From an uncultured bacterium (GTDB lineage Bacteria > Pseudomonadota > Gammaproteobacteria > Burkholderiales > SG8-39), in contig CBDDRQ010000222.1 in the NCBI GenBank assembly GCA_965233125.1, positions 7,806 to 71,805 of the forward strand: a DNA stretch of 64,000 nt, written 5' to 3'. Positions 62,815-64,000 of this stretch are shown piece by piece. The translations under genes were made by a program, and so were the position numbers. Position 1 is the stretch's first letter, and every line of letters begins with the position of its first letter. The notes under the pieces were generated by a model. That model did no database searches. It had not been told where the DNA came from and worked only from the letters and a program-made list of their open reading frames with translations.

Positions 62815-63630
62815 CTAGTTAACCGACGTTGCCCCATTACAGTTTGGCTCGCGCACCAAGTCGAGCAGGGGTGAATCCAAGGTGCAGATGCGGATTTCGT
62901 CGTTGTACTGAACGCCATGGCCGAGCGTCCCCGAGGCGTACATTCCCCAGTGTGCGGTGCGTAGGCGAGTTCCAGGCGATCTTGATAGTTCAGGCACCGT
63001 CGCGCGCAGCATTCGCGCACCATCCTGCCAGAGTTGCACGAAACCCGTCGCGCCTTCATAGATGATGTAAACCGTGATCCGAACCCAGCGGCGCAATGGG
63101 AAATGGGGCTGAGGCTGAGGTCCGATGTATTCACCGTGGAAGGGTGTCGTGTGAGCGAACTCGAGCTTCCTTCTACGGACCGCCGCTGTGTGTAACGCCC
63201 ACTTTCCCGTGCTTGTGCCCGGATCGTAATTGCCCCAGGTGCCGATGCTGATCCATTCAGTCTCAGCAATCCGGCTGTAGTCGGCGTCGAGATAGATAAA
63301 GAACGTGTTTATAACGGGGGTCGGAATGTCGACGTGTATGACGGGATATGCCCTATGGCTCTCGCCGGCTGGCGCAACAATCCAACCTTTGTAAGCGCGT
63401 TGGCCTCCGAACACTGGTTCGCCGGACTGGCGGTCCACAATTGTCCACGCGGATACCCGCCCCGCGGGTAGCTTGCCGCTGGCGGAGTAACCTTCGCGAC
63501 CTTCACTAGACCAAGCCGAGCTCGGAAAGTCTTGTTCGAAACCGGCATGCCAAGCGATTTCGCTGCAGAGACCCGAGCCGTGAGCGACCAAGCTTAGGAC
63601 GTACATTGCGACAGCTCTCGCGTATCTCAC
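62815..63630 (-). CDS. Secreted hypothetical protein, possibly ConA-like/polysaccharide-lyase-like fold
   Basis: Signal-like N-terminus, mostly beta-type sequence, and lower GC than the core genome. The family call is a guess. Confidence 0.35.
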   Translation of the reverse strand: MRYARAVAMYVLSLVAHGSGLCSEIAWHAGFEQDFPSSAWSSEGREGYSASGKLPAGRVSAWTIVDRQSGEPVFGGQRAYKGWIVAPAGESHRAYPVIHVDIPTPVINTFFIYLDADYSRIAETEWISIGTWGNYDPGTSTGKWALHTAAVRRRKLEFAHTTPFHGEYIGPQPQPHFPLRRWVRITVYIIYEGATGFVQLWQDGARMLRATVPELSRSPGTRLRTAHWGMYASGTLGHGVQYNDEIRICTLDSPLLDLVREPNCNGATSVN

Positions 63631-63794
63631 TTGGCTCTCAGTACACTACCCATAGACTGATTGCAGCGACAAACCAATCGGCGCAATAATGCATGCCAGC
63701 TGCTAGGCGCGGAAGGGGGGCTTTGACCGGCAAACAATAATCTGCCGACAAGGTGCGGATGGGTTTCTTAGCTTTTTCATCTTAGGGCTTATTC

Positions 63795-64000
63795 ATGTCG
63801 ACTAATAAGACGGCAGGGTTGGGCATCTCATGGCTTCTGTGTCTCGCAATGGGCGCCAGCGCTTTGTTGAGCTGCGGCGGCGCCGAAGAGGCGCCCGGTC
63901 GCATTGATGGCTTCGTATCCGGCGGCTCTGGCAATACGACGCCGTCCGGCCCGCCTCCGCCAGCTTGCACATTTGGCTCAACCGCCGCAATAACCCTAGC
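63795..64000 (+). CDS. Lipoprotein, 3' end beyond the window
   Basis: ATG 63795. MSTNKTAGLGISWLLCLAMGASALLSCGG lipobox. The frame stays open to the window edge. Confidence 0.5.
   Translation, partial: MSTNKTAGLGISWLLCLAMGASALLSCGGAEEAPGRIDGFVSGGSGNTTPSGPPPPACTFGSTAAITL

Noticed and set aside
1-64000. Searched by eye for CRISPR arrays, rRNA/tRNA genes, reverse transcriptase/DGR template-variable repeat pairs, and long tandem repeats.
   Set aside because: I saw no regularly spaced direct repeats, no RT or Cas genes and no structured RNA gene signatures. The only recurrent short sequences are the palindromic REP/MITE-like units already listed. A computational scan (tRNAscan-SE, Infernal, CRT/minced) is still needed to be sure.

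Overview
This 64-kb window comes from a high-GC Gram-negative chromosome, most likely proteobacterial. By eye, GC is about 65-72% outside one island. All family calls are from reading the supplied translations and the DNA; no searches were run.

Content from left to right:
1. Assimilatory sulfite reduction and siroheme genes (cysI, 5'-partial; a DUF934 gene; cobA), followed by dsbB.
2. Envelope genes: a small YjbE/GfcA-like Ala/Thr-rich secreted peptide, a MORN protein, a YjbH-PAP2 fusion and a FecR-domain protein.
3. A roughly 25-kb minus-strand surface-polysaccharide locus running from a WecA-family initiating transferase to a Wza-like exporter. Its central ~14 kb (17.9-31.8 kb) is a low-GC replacement cassette. 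Gene-fragment debris and three DUF4143 ATPase genes (one dead) lie at 10.4-14.2 kb.
4. A signalling-type accessory block at 34-39.6 kb. It holds two tandem class-III-cyclase-like/FHA proteins that have lost their catalytic residues, several orphan small ORFs, an orphan receiver, and an Hpt-like protein with Asp where the phospho-His should be.
5. rfbBACD, followed 3 nt later by an intact cyclase-FHA gene.
6. VapBC plus an orphan BrnA-like antitoxin.
7. A 13.4-kb, seven-gene plus-strand operon, which is the best candidate for a novel system. It encodes a dihaem-b-like membrane protein, an FHA-anchored decahaem cytochrome c, a double-DUF336 lipoprotein, an outer-membrane barrel, a decahaem cytochrome fused to an LVIVD propeller, a c554-like cytochrome, and a flavoprotein with two cNMP-binding domains and a ferredoxin module.
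8. A FecR-OMP-barrel fusion, a stand-alone cNMP-binding protein, decayed paralogues of the 36-38 kb small ORFs, and a lower-GC tail.

Short palindromic REP/MITE-like elements occur five times, three of them inside reading frames. I found no rRNA, tRNA, CRISPR array, transposase or integrase.
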